Source of the DNA: a virus
Reading direction: 5' to 3' (one strand)
Length of the DNA stretch: 64,000 nt
Virus record (IMG/VR): IMGVR_UViG_3300047510_002509
Shown: positions 47,316 through 54,259 of the stretch, in pieces
Layout of the letters: each line of letters begins with the position of its first letter
Numbering within the stretch: the stretch's first letter is position 1
Program-made: the position numbers and the translations under genes
The notes under the pieces: generated by a model
The model's input: only the letters and a program-made list of their open reading frames with translations
What the model was told of the DNA's origin: nothing
Database searches by the model: none

Positions 47316-47561
47316 ATGGCTGAGATTGAAATCCTTGACTCCTCTGTTCACCCAAACCCTGAAGGGGAGAAGTTTGTTGCGGCGTTGATTGATGACGCTA
47401 ATGATGGTCGAGTCAAGTTGGTAATTATGTTTGAGGAAGAAGGCTACACGGCTGTTCTTGACTTGGACTCACTAATTGAAGAAGAAGACATCTCTGCAAA
47501 AAAGCACACACATCTAGGCGGCAGATACGACGCACTCCTGCGTGACCTGCTCTGGGAGTAA
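47316..47561 (+). CDS. Acidic hypothetical protein
   Basis: Probable start MAEIEIL; the upstream part of the track ORF is hairpin-rich UTR. Confidence 0.6.
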   Translation: MAEIEILDSSVHPNPEGEKFVAALIDDANDGRVKLVIMFEEEGYTAVLDLDSLIEEEDISAKKHTHLGGRYDALLRDLLWE

Positions 47562-47564
47562 AAA

Positions 47565-48146
47565 TTGACAACGATGGTTGCGGTTCAAGGACCGACATGG
47601 GCTGTTGTTGGCTGCGATAGCCAAGTTACTGAAGATAATCGCATTTTTGTTCTTCCAAAAGATAATCCAAAGATTGTGAAGAACGGTCCTTTCTTGTTTG
47701 GCGCTGCGGGTGACATGAGAGCAATAAATCTTCTTGCTTATCAGTTCAAGCCACCTGCGCCGCCTGTAAGTTGTTCAGTCAGCAGATTAGATAAGTTCAT
47801 CTCCACAAAGTTCATACCTGAGTTGAAAACCCTGTTTGATGAAGTTCAGTATGGAGAAAAGGGGACGCAAGATTCAGAAATTCTCTGCGTTGTTCATGGA
47901 CACATCTACGAAATTGGGTCTGGATACGATTGGTGTCGCGATCAGACTGGGATTTACGCGTTCGGATCTGGTGGTCAATACGCGTTGGGATCGCTCTACA
48001 ACCAGCTAGAGGGTAAAAAATTGTCCATCACTGCCGCCCGTGCCGCTGTGCGGCGCTCGCTAGAGGTCGCAACAACCTTAGACCCCAACACAGGTGGGTC
48101 GTTCCTCATCACAGTTCAACAAGATGAGTGCCGTCAGCCCAGGTAA
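47565..48146 (+). CDS. Proteasome beta/HslV-like Ntn peptidase
   Basis: N-terminal (M)TT, DSQVT, K, GAAG, GSGG.YALG, D..TGG. Confidence 0.85.
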   Translation: MTTMVAVQGPTWAVVGCDSQVTEDNRIFVLPKDNPKIVKNGPFLFGAAGDMRAINLLAYQFKPPAPPVSCSVSRLDKFISTKFIPELKTLFDEVQYGEKGTQDSEILCVVHGHIYEIGSGYDWCRDQTGIYAFGSGGQYALGSLYNQLEGKKLSITAARAAVRRSLEVATTLDPNTGGSFLITVQQDECRQPR

Positions 48147-48246
48147 CTTTCGTTCCTGCTCTTCTAAACAACTTTTCTAAGTTCCTGCTGGTGCGTCCCC
48201 CATTTGTGATGTTTATCAAATTGTTACATTTTCCTGCATTTTGGAC

Positions 48247-48274
48247 TTGACTTTCCTGCATTTCTGAGTATTGT
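48247..48274 (+). promoter_or_regulatory. Early promoter with inverted TTCCTGCA boxes
   Basis: TTGACT-16-TATTGT; TTCCTGCA at 48231 and 48253. Confidence 0.65.
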
Positions 48275-48310
48275 TATCTATGTAAGGAAAAAACGACGAA
48301 AGGAAAGACA

Positions 48311-48484
48311 ATGCGAGGATTACCAGATAGTGCGGTGTATGGCACATACAAGCGCATAGCAGGTGGCGGTCGCCGTAAGCCAAAGGCTCAGGTCAGTTTG
48401 CTTGAGGTCATTATTGAGTGGCTTGATGGCTACGAGGCTCGCGTAAGAGAAGAAGCAAAACTAAGAAAAATTAGAGGCTACTAA
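48311..48484 (+). CDS. 57-aa basic early protein
   Basis: ACGACGAAAGGA leader; manual translation MRGLPDSAVYG... Confidence 0.65.
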   Translation: MRGLPDSAVYGTYKRIAGGGRRKPKAQVSLLEVIIEWLDGYEARVREEAKLRKIRGY

Positions 48485-48487
48485 GAC

Positions 48488-48517
48488 TTGACAAAGTGCA
48501 GGAAGATGTAATAAACT
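48488..48517 (+). promoter_or_regulatory. Early promoter with TGCAGGAA box
   Basis: TTGACA-18-TAAACT. Confidence 0.8.
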
Positions 48518-48551
48518 TATCCAGTAAGACAAAATGACGAAAGGAAACAAA

Positions 48552-48767
48552 ATGTTTGACAAAGCGATTGAGTTCGTAGGACTAGCAGACACTTCCAAGT
48601 GGAAGCAAGAGCGTAAGTATGTAGTTCGCCGTAATGTGGTGTTCTCTGTCGCGCTCGCGGTTGTGCTATTTGCGGTGTGGCAAGTGTCCACTAATTTGTG
48701 GTGGACAGAAAATGGCTACTGCTGGGGAGATTTGATTTCCTGCAACTTCCCTGAAGAAGGGAAGTGA
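48552..48767 (+). CDS. Small membrane protein
   Basis: GACGAAAGGA leader; TM then LWW...GYCWG. Confidence 0.7.
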   Translation: MFDKAIEFVGLADTSKWKQERKYVVRRNVVFSVALAVVLFAVWQVSTNLWWTENGYCWGDLISCNFPEEGK

Positions 48768-48768
48768 T

Positions 48769-49260
48769 GTGGCAAAGGGTAAAAAAGCTGGAACAACAGC
48801 GCCGACATGGGACGAATTTGTTGAGTGCACGCCGATGGTTGATGGGAAGCCACGACCTGAGTTGTTGCAGGAAGGCGAGACCATGTGGCAGAACAGGTTT
48901 TATGTTGTTTTTAGAACTTACCTAATACCTCATCAGGGACATGATGGACCTATCCATCTAAGCATTAGGCATCAGCAACGCAAGGCGATTAGGGACTGGC
49001 GTCATTTCCAGCGCATCAAAAACGAACTTGCGGGAGCACAAAGAGAAGCAATAGAGATTTTCCCACCAGAAGCCTTGCTGGTTGATGGTGCGAATCAGTA
49101 TCACCTCTTCGTTTTGTCGATGGGAGATACAACCCCCTTCACTTGGAAATCAGGTCGTGCGGTTTCAGGAGAAGAAGGTGGAGAAGAGTTAGAAAGAAAA
49201 ATGCGCGACATGGGTTTTGACCCAAAGCAAACAGTTCAAAGACCAAGAGACGAAGGGTAA
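48769..49260 (+). CDS. Conserved phage hypothetical protein
   Basis: HLSIR, W...Q.IKNE..G....A.E.FP....LVD.AN.YHL. Confidence 0.75.
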   Translation: MAKGKKAGTTAPTWDEFVECTPMVDGKPRPELLQEGETMWQNRFYVVFRTYLIPHQGHDGPIHLSIRHQQRKAIRDWRHFQRIKNELAGAQREAIEIFPPEALLVDGANQYHLFVLSMGDTTPFTWKSGRAVSGEEGGEELERKMRDMGFDPKQTVQRPRDEG

Positions 49261-49262
49261 AA

Positions 49263-49460
49263 ATGAAGAGTCAGCGCATCGCTGAAGAAGCAGCAAAGTT
49301 GTATGTAGATGGTTTGGCAGTTGAGGCAGTAGCCCAGAAGTTGGGCGTTGCCTACAGAACAGCACGCAAAGCCATAAAAGCAAGTGGGATTGAGTTTAGA
49401 GACCCGTCCCAGCGTTTGGTGGGCAGAACCCGCCCAGATAGGAGTATTACCAATGCCTAA
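49263..49460 (+). CDS. Small helix-turn-helix protein
   Basis: LY..G.....VA..LGV.Y.T.R..I...G...R. Confidence 0.8.
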   Translation: MKSQRIAEEAAKLYVDGLAVEAVAQKLGVAYRTARKAIKASGIEFRDPSQRLVGRTRPDRSITNA

Positions 49461-49599
49461 GAACATTGTTTGGACAGCGCTGATTTCGGCGCTCGCAGGG
49501 GCAGGTGCAGTCATCTCTGCATTTGTAGGAGCATCAGATTTCGTGATGGCGTTTGGTGCAGTAGCAATTTCGTCTGCCATCTTGAGTGGAAGAGAGTAA
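49453..49599 (+). CDS. Small two-TM peptide
   Basis: AGGAG RBS; hydrophobic. Confidence 0.6.
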   Translation: MPKNIVWTALISALAGAGAVISAFVGASDFVMAFGAVAISSAILSGRE

Positions 49600-49606
49600 C
49601 TATTAG

Positions 49607-50002
49607 ATGTGGCTATTTACTGATACAGGTTTTGTTAGTGCGGTCGTCTCGAAGGAGAACAGAGAGTTGATTTCTGTTCGTGCTCGCGACAAGAAGTCCC
49701 TTGAGTCATTTGTGAAGATGTTCAAGGTAAAAATCGTGGAACTCCAGAACAGGGACTACGAGTATCGTGTCTACATCACTAAAGAGCAATTGACCAAGTG
49801 GATTTCCACCCGCGTTGAGGAGTTGAACTACGATAACTTCAAGACGCAGGTGACAAAGACCCGTGGCTATGAGTTTGCCGAGCCTCTGCACGGAGTCTGG
49901 TATGAGATGCTCGAGGTGTCCGATAAGCGTAAAAAGACCAAAAAGGGGAGCAGTTTAGGCTCACGCTGGTATGAAGAAGAGCACAGTCTTCCTTACGCGT
50001 AG
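49607..50002 (+). CDS. Conserved phage hypothetical protein
   Basis: MW.FT..GF.SAV, VRAR, DY.YR, Y.NFK. Confidence 0.75.
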   Translation: MWLFTDTGFVSAVVSKENRELISVRARDKKSLESFVKMFKVKIVELQNRDYEYRVYITKEQLTKWISTRVEELNYDNFKTQVTKTRGYEFAEPLHGVWYEMLEVSDKRKKTKKGSSLGSRWYEEEHSLPYA

Positions 50003-50150
50003 TCGGAGTGTCGAGGTTTGACACCCTTTCTGACCCCTGTGCTATGGTTTTACAGATGAAACGACACATTAGACAAAACGAAGGGCGTCCTAGCCCATTG
50101 GTTGCGAGTAACTAGCAACCTGCCCATGTCCCCTAACAAAGGAGAAGCAA

Positions 50151-50804
50151 ATGCGAAACCCTTTATTTCGCCATGCCGAAACCACAGTGTTTGGTGTGAT
50201 AGCAGCAGTGCTAGCAGGAGCAGTCGTGTGGAGCGCGGCAGCAAGTGCAGAAACTAATCGAGTAGATGCAGTAGAAGCAGCAGCCCCCGTTGTTGTTGTT
50301 AATGAAGAAGTGCGGCTATTCAAAGTAGTTGCGGCGAAGATTGACAGAGCTGCGACAGAAGAGAAGAAGCTGCAAGAGGTAAAAAATCTGAAAGCCGAGA
50401 TACAGCTTGAGCTGTTTGAGGAACGAAAAGTCCCTCTAGCTGAGATAGAACTAAAGAACTTACTGAAGTTGGTAGGTTTTGAAGGTCAATCCCTCAAGGC
50501 AGCTTGGGCTATCGTGATGACTGAATCCAATGGTCGTCCAAAAGCACATAATGGGAACGCCTCAACAGGCGATAACTCATACGGACTATTCCAAATAAAC
50601 ATGATTGGTTCTCTTGGAGAGGCTCGTAGAGCCAAGTATGAACTCAAGTCCAATGATGATTTGTTTGACCCAGTAACTAACGCAACCATCGCATACAAGA
50701 TGAGTGCGGGTGGAACTGACTTCTCAGCGTGGAAGGTTAGAGGGTATAATCAAGGTAGTGAGAGATTTAGAACATTTCTCGCTGAATACCCATCAGATAA
50801 ATAA
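50151..50804 (+). CDS. Secreted lytic transglycosylase (SLT/lysozyme-like)
   Basis: Signal peptide; ES.G, SYGLFQIN, L.DP..NA, W. Confidence 0.88.
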   Translation: MRNPLFRHAETTVFGVIAAVLAGAVVWSAAASAETNRVDAVEAAAPVVVVNEEVRLFKVVAAKIDRAATEEKKLQEVKNLKAEIQLELFEERKVPLAEIELKNLLKLVGFEGQSLKAAWAIVMTESNGRPKAHNGNASTGDNSYGLFQINMIGSLGEARRAKYELKSNDDLFDPVTNATIAYKMSAGGTDFSAWKVRGYNQGSERFRTFLAEYPSDK

Positions 50805-50813
50805 AGGATAACC

Positions 50814-51470
50814 ATGAGCGATGAGAAAAACCTAAACGAGGGCACTCATCACCCTGACATTTTGGACCAGGGTGGCGTCAATGTCCCACAAGGTTTCAAC
50901 CCAGATGCAACCGATGGTGATGGTGATGGGTTCGTGCAAGATGGTACCGAGTGGGAGCGTCCCGTTGATGGGTTCAATCCAGATGCCAAAGATGGCGATG
51001 GAGATGGATTTGTTCAAGACGCAACCAAATGGGAACGCCCTGCGGAGCCTGTTGCTGTTGCGGTAGAGCCAGAAACTATTCCAGTAGTGATGGCAGCAGC
51101 TGTTGAAGAAGCAGCTCCAGTTGTAGAAGCAGCTCCAGCTGCACCTGCAAAGAGAAACAAGGGTAAAAAATCCAGCACATCAGCTGTGATCCCAACGGAA
51201 ATCGAAGAAGGATCTGTTGTTCTTCTTTCTAAACTCGTATTTCAGTCAAACACTGAGCAGAACAGCAACTCCGTTCGTGTACTTCAGGCTCGTTTGATGG
51301 AGCATGGCTACATCACTGCTGGTGATGACAAGCCAGGCTGGGTAAGTACGGGAACTGTTGAAGCCCTAGAAGACTACAAGAAAGATAATGGAATCGAAGC
51401 AGATAGTATTTACGCCGAGGACGTCATCAAGTCCTTGTTTGTAGGCACATCAGTTCAAGTTCTTCCATAG
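50814..51470 (+). CDS. Protein with two DGDGDG Ca-binding-like repeats and a PG-binding-like domain
   Basis: GFNPDA.DGDGDGFVQD.T.WERP x2; V..LQ.RL...GY...G.....T..AL..Y. Confidence 0.7.
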   Translation: MSDEKNLNEGTHHPDILDQGGVNVPQGFNPDATDGDGDGFVQDGTEWERPVDGFNPDAKDGDGDGFVQDATKWERPAEPVAVAVEPETIPVVMAAAVEEAAPVVEAAPAAPAKRNKGKKSSTSAVIPTEIEEGSVVLLSKLVFQSNTEQNSNSVRVLQARLMEHGYITAGDDKPGWVSTGTVEALEDYKKDNGIEADSIYAEDVIKSLFVGTSVQVLP

Positions 51471-51483
51471 TTTTACAAGTATC

Positions 51484-51530
51484 AACGCCCAGTATCTCTG
51501 AGAAAATCGGAGTGCTGGGCGTTGGTGTTT
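51484..51530 (+). terminator. Intrinsic terminator-like hairpin
   Basis: AACGCCCAGTA...TGCTGGGCGTT. Confidence 0.6.
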
Positions 51531-51542
51531 TAACGCCAACGC

Positions 51543-51842
51543 ATGGGTACGGACTATGGAAGGGCGGTTCTCATGTCAGCATACAAAATGAGTAAGAAAA
51601 CCTCTGGGATTATGAAAAGAATCCTTGCGGTGTTCTCTGCATCTGGGTTGTCTGTGATTGGTGCTGGTGCTATTGCTGGTGTCGAACTATGGCAAGCAGT
51701 CTTGATGGCAGGTATTGGTGGTGTAGCAACAGTGGTTGAAGCCCTGAGTCGCGCATACCTTACCGATGGCAAGCTCACTGAAGATGAAATTAATGACATC
51801 TTCGTTGAGGCTGAAGCAAAAACATCTAAGAAAGCAAAGTAA
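51543..51842 (+). CDS. Holin-like membrane protein with EF-hand-like DGKL motif
   Basis: RI.AVF....L..IGAGA..G, DGKL...EIN. Confidence 0.65.
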   Translation: MGTDYGRAVLMSAYKMSKKTSGIMKRILAVFSASGLSVIGAGAIAGVELWQAVLMAGIGGVATVVEALSRAYLTDGKLTEDEINDIFVEAEAKTSKKAK

Positions 51843-51908
51843 TTCAGATGTTGGAGGGCCTGGTGATCGGAATTTTTACCCTCCCAGGCCCTCTACTCCC
51901 ATAGCAAA

Positions 51909-51942
51909 AGAAAAACCCCGCCGAAGCGGGGTTCTCTTTTTT
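51909..51942. terminator. Bidirectional terminator between convergent early units
   Basis: AAAAACCCCGC-cgaa-GCGGGGTTCTCTTTTTT. Confidence 0.85.
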
Positions 51943-51947
51943 AGGTT

Positions 51948-52181
51948 CTATTCGACATTTCTTTCAATGTCGCGGGTTGCCCCACAAGTTGGACAAGCCC
52001 ACTCGTAATACTCCATGTCGTGATACAACTCAATGTCTACATCTGCCTCGACATCTTCAACCTCGAACATCTTACACTCTTCGTTGTAGCAAGCCTCTGC
52101 ACGGACATCACTCCACTCCCTCTGAGCCCCTGCGATTTGGTATTCGTTTCCTGTAACACCTGCTGGGTAGTAGCCTGACAT
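51948..52181 (-). CDS. Small Zn-ribbon early protein
   Basis: ACGACGAAAGGA leader; YP.GVTG.E..IAG, CPTCG. Confidence 0.7.
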   Translation of the reverse strand: MSGYYPAGVTGNEYQIAGAQREWSDVRAEACYNEECKMFEVEDVEADVDIELYHDMEYYEWACPTCGATRDIERNVE

Positions 52182-52216
52182 TTGTTTTCCTTTCGTCGTT
52201 TGCCTCTATACGGATA

Positions 52217-52244
52217 ACTGTAGCACCTTCCTGCACTTTTGCAA
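52217..52244 (-). promoter_or_regulatory. Early promoter with TGCAGGAA box
   Basis: TTGCAA-16-TACAGT. Confidence 0.75.
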
Positions 52245-52327
52245 GTAGACACGCCGTTTATTACATCACATTTAGGTAACAAAAAACCCTCCCCAAGAAG
52301 GGAGGGAGGGTCTTTCGTTTGAGTTAT

Positions 52328-52657
52328 TTAGGAGGCAACTAATAACTCACGGACTCGTTGTGCGGTGTCTGTAGCCAGAGCAAGGGTCTGACCCTCATCA
52401 TCTGTGCCACCCGTTAGGACGACATCACCAACGACGAAATCTGAACCCACCCAGAAAGTCTTATCCCAGAGTTTCTGTGCGGCTTGGTTGTGCGGTAGCC
52501 CTATGAGTTTGCCCTCTTCATTGAGCCACATTGTCAAGTCTGGTGCTAGGTCTACGGCTTGCACCCACCCACCAACTGCGGTCTGTAATTCTTGAAGCCC
52601 CACTTTATCTAGGGTTTCCATTGTGCCGTCTGCCTTGAGAACTAGTGCGGTAGTCAT
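52328..52657 (-). CDS. DUF3846-like protein
   Basis: L..LQ..VGG..Q, NEEGK..GLP.N, VGDVV..G. Confidence 0.85.
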   Translation of the reverse strand: MTTALVLKADGTMETLDKVGLQELQTAVGGWVQAVDLAPDLTMWLNEEGKLIGLPHNQAAQKLWDKTFWVGSDFVVGDVVLTGGTDDEGQTLALATDTAQRVRELLVAS

Positions 52658-52869
52658 TAGGAAGCTCTCCCCCAGATAATGTCTTGCACTTCTTCTGCGG
52701 GCATCTCCCTGTGAGCGACACACCCGTCATTGGTGCGGGACTCTTCAGTCACCTGAAAGTCAGTCACATACCGTGACCCCGAGAACAACTCTCGAACATC
52801 TTTGATACGGTCTACATGGAAGTGATACTTTGTTCCACCTGCGGTGATTGCTACACCATAAGTTTTCAT
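52657..52869 (-). CDS. Hypothetical early protein
   Basis: GACGAAAGAGG leader. Confidence 0.65.
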   Translation of the reverse strand: MKTYGVAITAGGTKYHFHVDRIKDVRELFSGSRYVTDFQVTEESRTNDGCVAHREMPAEEVQDIIWGRAS

Positions 52870-52916
52870 CTTTGCCTCTTTCGTCATTTATGCGGTGAGC
52901 CTCTCACCACTCCTCT

Positions 52917-52944
52917 AATCTAGCACCTTCCTGCATAATGTCAA
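52917..52944 (-). promoter_or_regulatory. Early promoter with TGCAGGAA box
   Basis: TTGACA-16-TAGATT. Confidence 0.8.
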
Positions 52945-52986
52945 GCCCAACCTCAGTGAATTAGATAACAGTTTGGTAACAAGTTT

Positions 52987-53012
52987 TTAGCACTCTAAGC
53001 CTAGAGTGCTAA
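52987..53012. promoter_or_regulatory. CIRCE-like inverted repeat (8-nt spacer)
   Basis: TTAGCACTC-taagccta-GAGTGCTAA. Confidence 0.55.
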
Positions 53013-53139
53013 TCCCAACATCACAATAACTCAGCCCCAGCCAGTAGCCCAGCCAGACTTAGCCAGGCACACATGTACCAGGTCAGACATTTGTAAGTTG
53101 TTTGTATCTGTCAGCACAACATTTGCTACTCGTCAGTAG

Positions 53140-53435
53140 CCACCACCTGACCCACCACCTGACCCACCACCTCCACCTGTCTAGTCATTGACCTAAGCAC
53201 AAGTCTTGACCACTAGCACTAGACATTAGACATCAAGCCCACCTTGACAAGACATTGACTAGAAACTTTAGACAAGAACTAGTCATTGACTAGACACATT
53301 GACAACAAAAGAACAACCTCCAGATTTACAACCTGCACAAAAAATAAAAAACATCTTTATTTGACACCCCCCCTCCCCCCTGCAGAATAAAAACAACATG
53401 CATTGACAAGCAGCAGCACATTTTTTGATTGACAG
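53140..53435 (+). repeat. Non-coding repeat tract: CCACCACCTGAC tandem plus nine co-oriented TTGAC
   Basis: Direct reading; G-poor top strand. Confidence 0.75.
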
Positions 53436-53606
53436 AAAAAAGCTCGACGACATCAAAAAAAGCCCGGAACGATTTGGAGAAAGGCTCCTAGCATGCAGAG
53501 CCGTCTCACAGGCCAAAACAAAAAAACGTTAAGGTTCATAAAAACGCTGCTGCCGTACAAAGATTTAGCTCCGTACGGCTCCTCTAAAAGCCTGTACACT
53601 AAGTAA

Positions 53607-54101
53607 GTGGATATCCCAACCTTGCCTGCAGATGAAGTAACCTTCATCAAATCTTTGCCACGCCCACAAGCTGAGGCCCGTATGCGAGCCCTCTGGGAGG
53701 TTGGCTGGTCCCTACAATCAATCGGGTCCTCTCTCGTTCCTCAACGCCCTAAAACCACAATCCACTTCTGGGTCAAGCGAGCCACCCCTGAGGAGCAACA
53801 TAGGCAGGTACCTTCACCGCCTCCACGCTCTCTGACAACCAGCGTTCCGACAAGGACTGCTCCTCGAGTTAGAACGATTTCTCCGGGCGTCCCCGAGCAT
53901 CTAAAAAGCGAGATTAAGCAGTTATCTCTACAAGCAAGACTCTACCGAGCAAAAACGCCGATGGGTCATCCTGTAGCCCTTGCTAACGATCAATTAACTA
54001 CAATGGTTAAAACCCTCTACACAATGGGCGTTCCTGCACAAGCATTAGCCGATGCCGCTGGAGTTTCTTACAGAGCAATGATTCGAAGGATAACAAAATG
54101 A
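53607..54101 (+). CDS. Double HTH DNA-binding protein, leaderless
   Basis: GWSLQSIG...TTIHFW; GV....LADAAGVSYRAM. Confidence 0.75.
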   Translation: MDIPTLPADEVTFIKSLPRPQAEARMRALWEVGWSLQSIGSSLVPQRPKTTIHFWVKRATPEEQHRQVPSPPPRSLTTSVPTRTAPRVRTISPGVPEHLKSEIKQLSLQARLYRAKTPMGHPVALANDQLTTMVKTLYTMGVPAQALADAAGVSYRAMIRRITK

Positions 54102-54259
54102 CCCGTCTTAGATTCACTCGCTACAACAACAGTGGCAGCTTGGGCAACACCTACGTCTTCGGGTTTAATATCTACAGAGATGACCGACGTTTATTTACCA
54201 TTGACCTAATTATCGGCAAACGAGTCTTTGTTTTCTACCTTGAGCGGAGAGACTCGTGA
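54098..54259 (+). CDS. 53-aa hypothetical protein
   Basis: ATGA and GTGA overlaps on both sides. Confidence 0.6.
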   Translation: MTRLRFTRYNNSGSLGNTYVFGFNIYRDDRRLFTIDLIIGKRVFVFYLERRDS

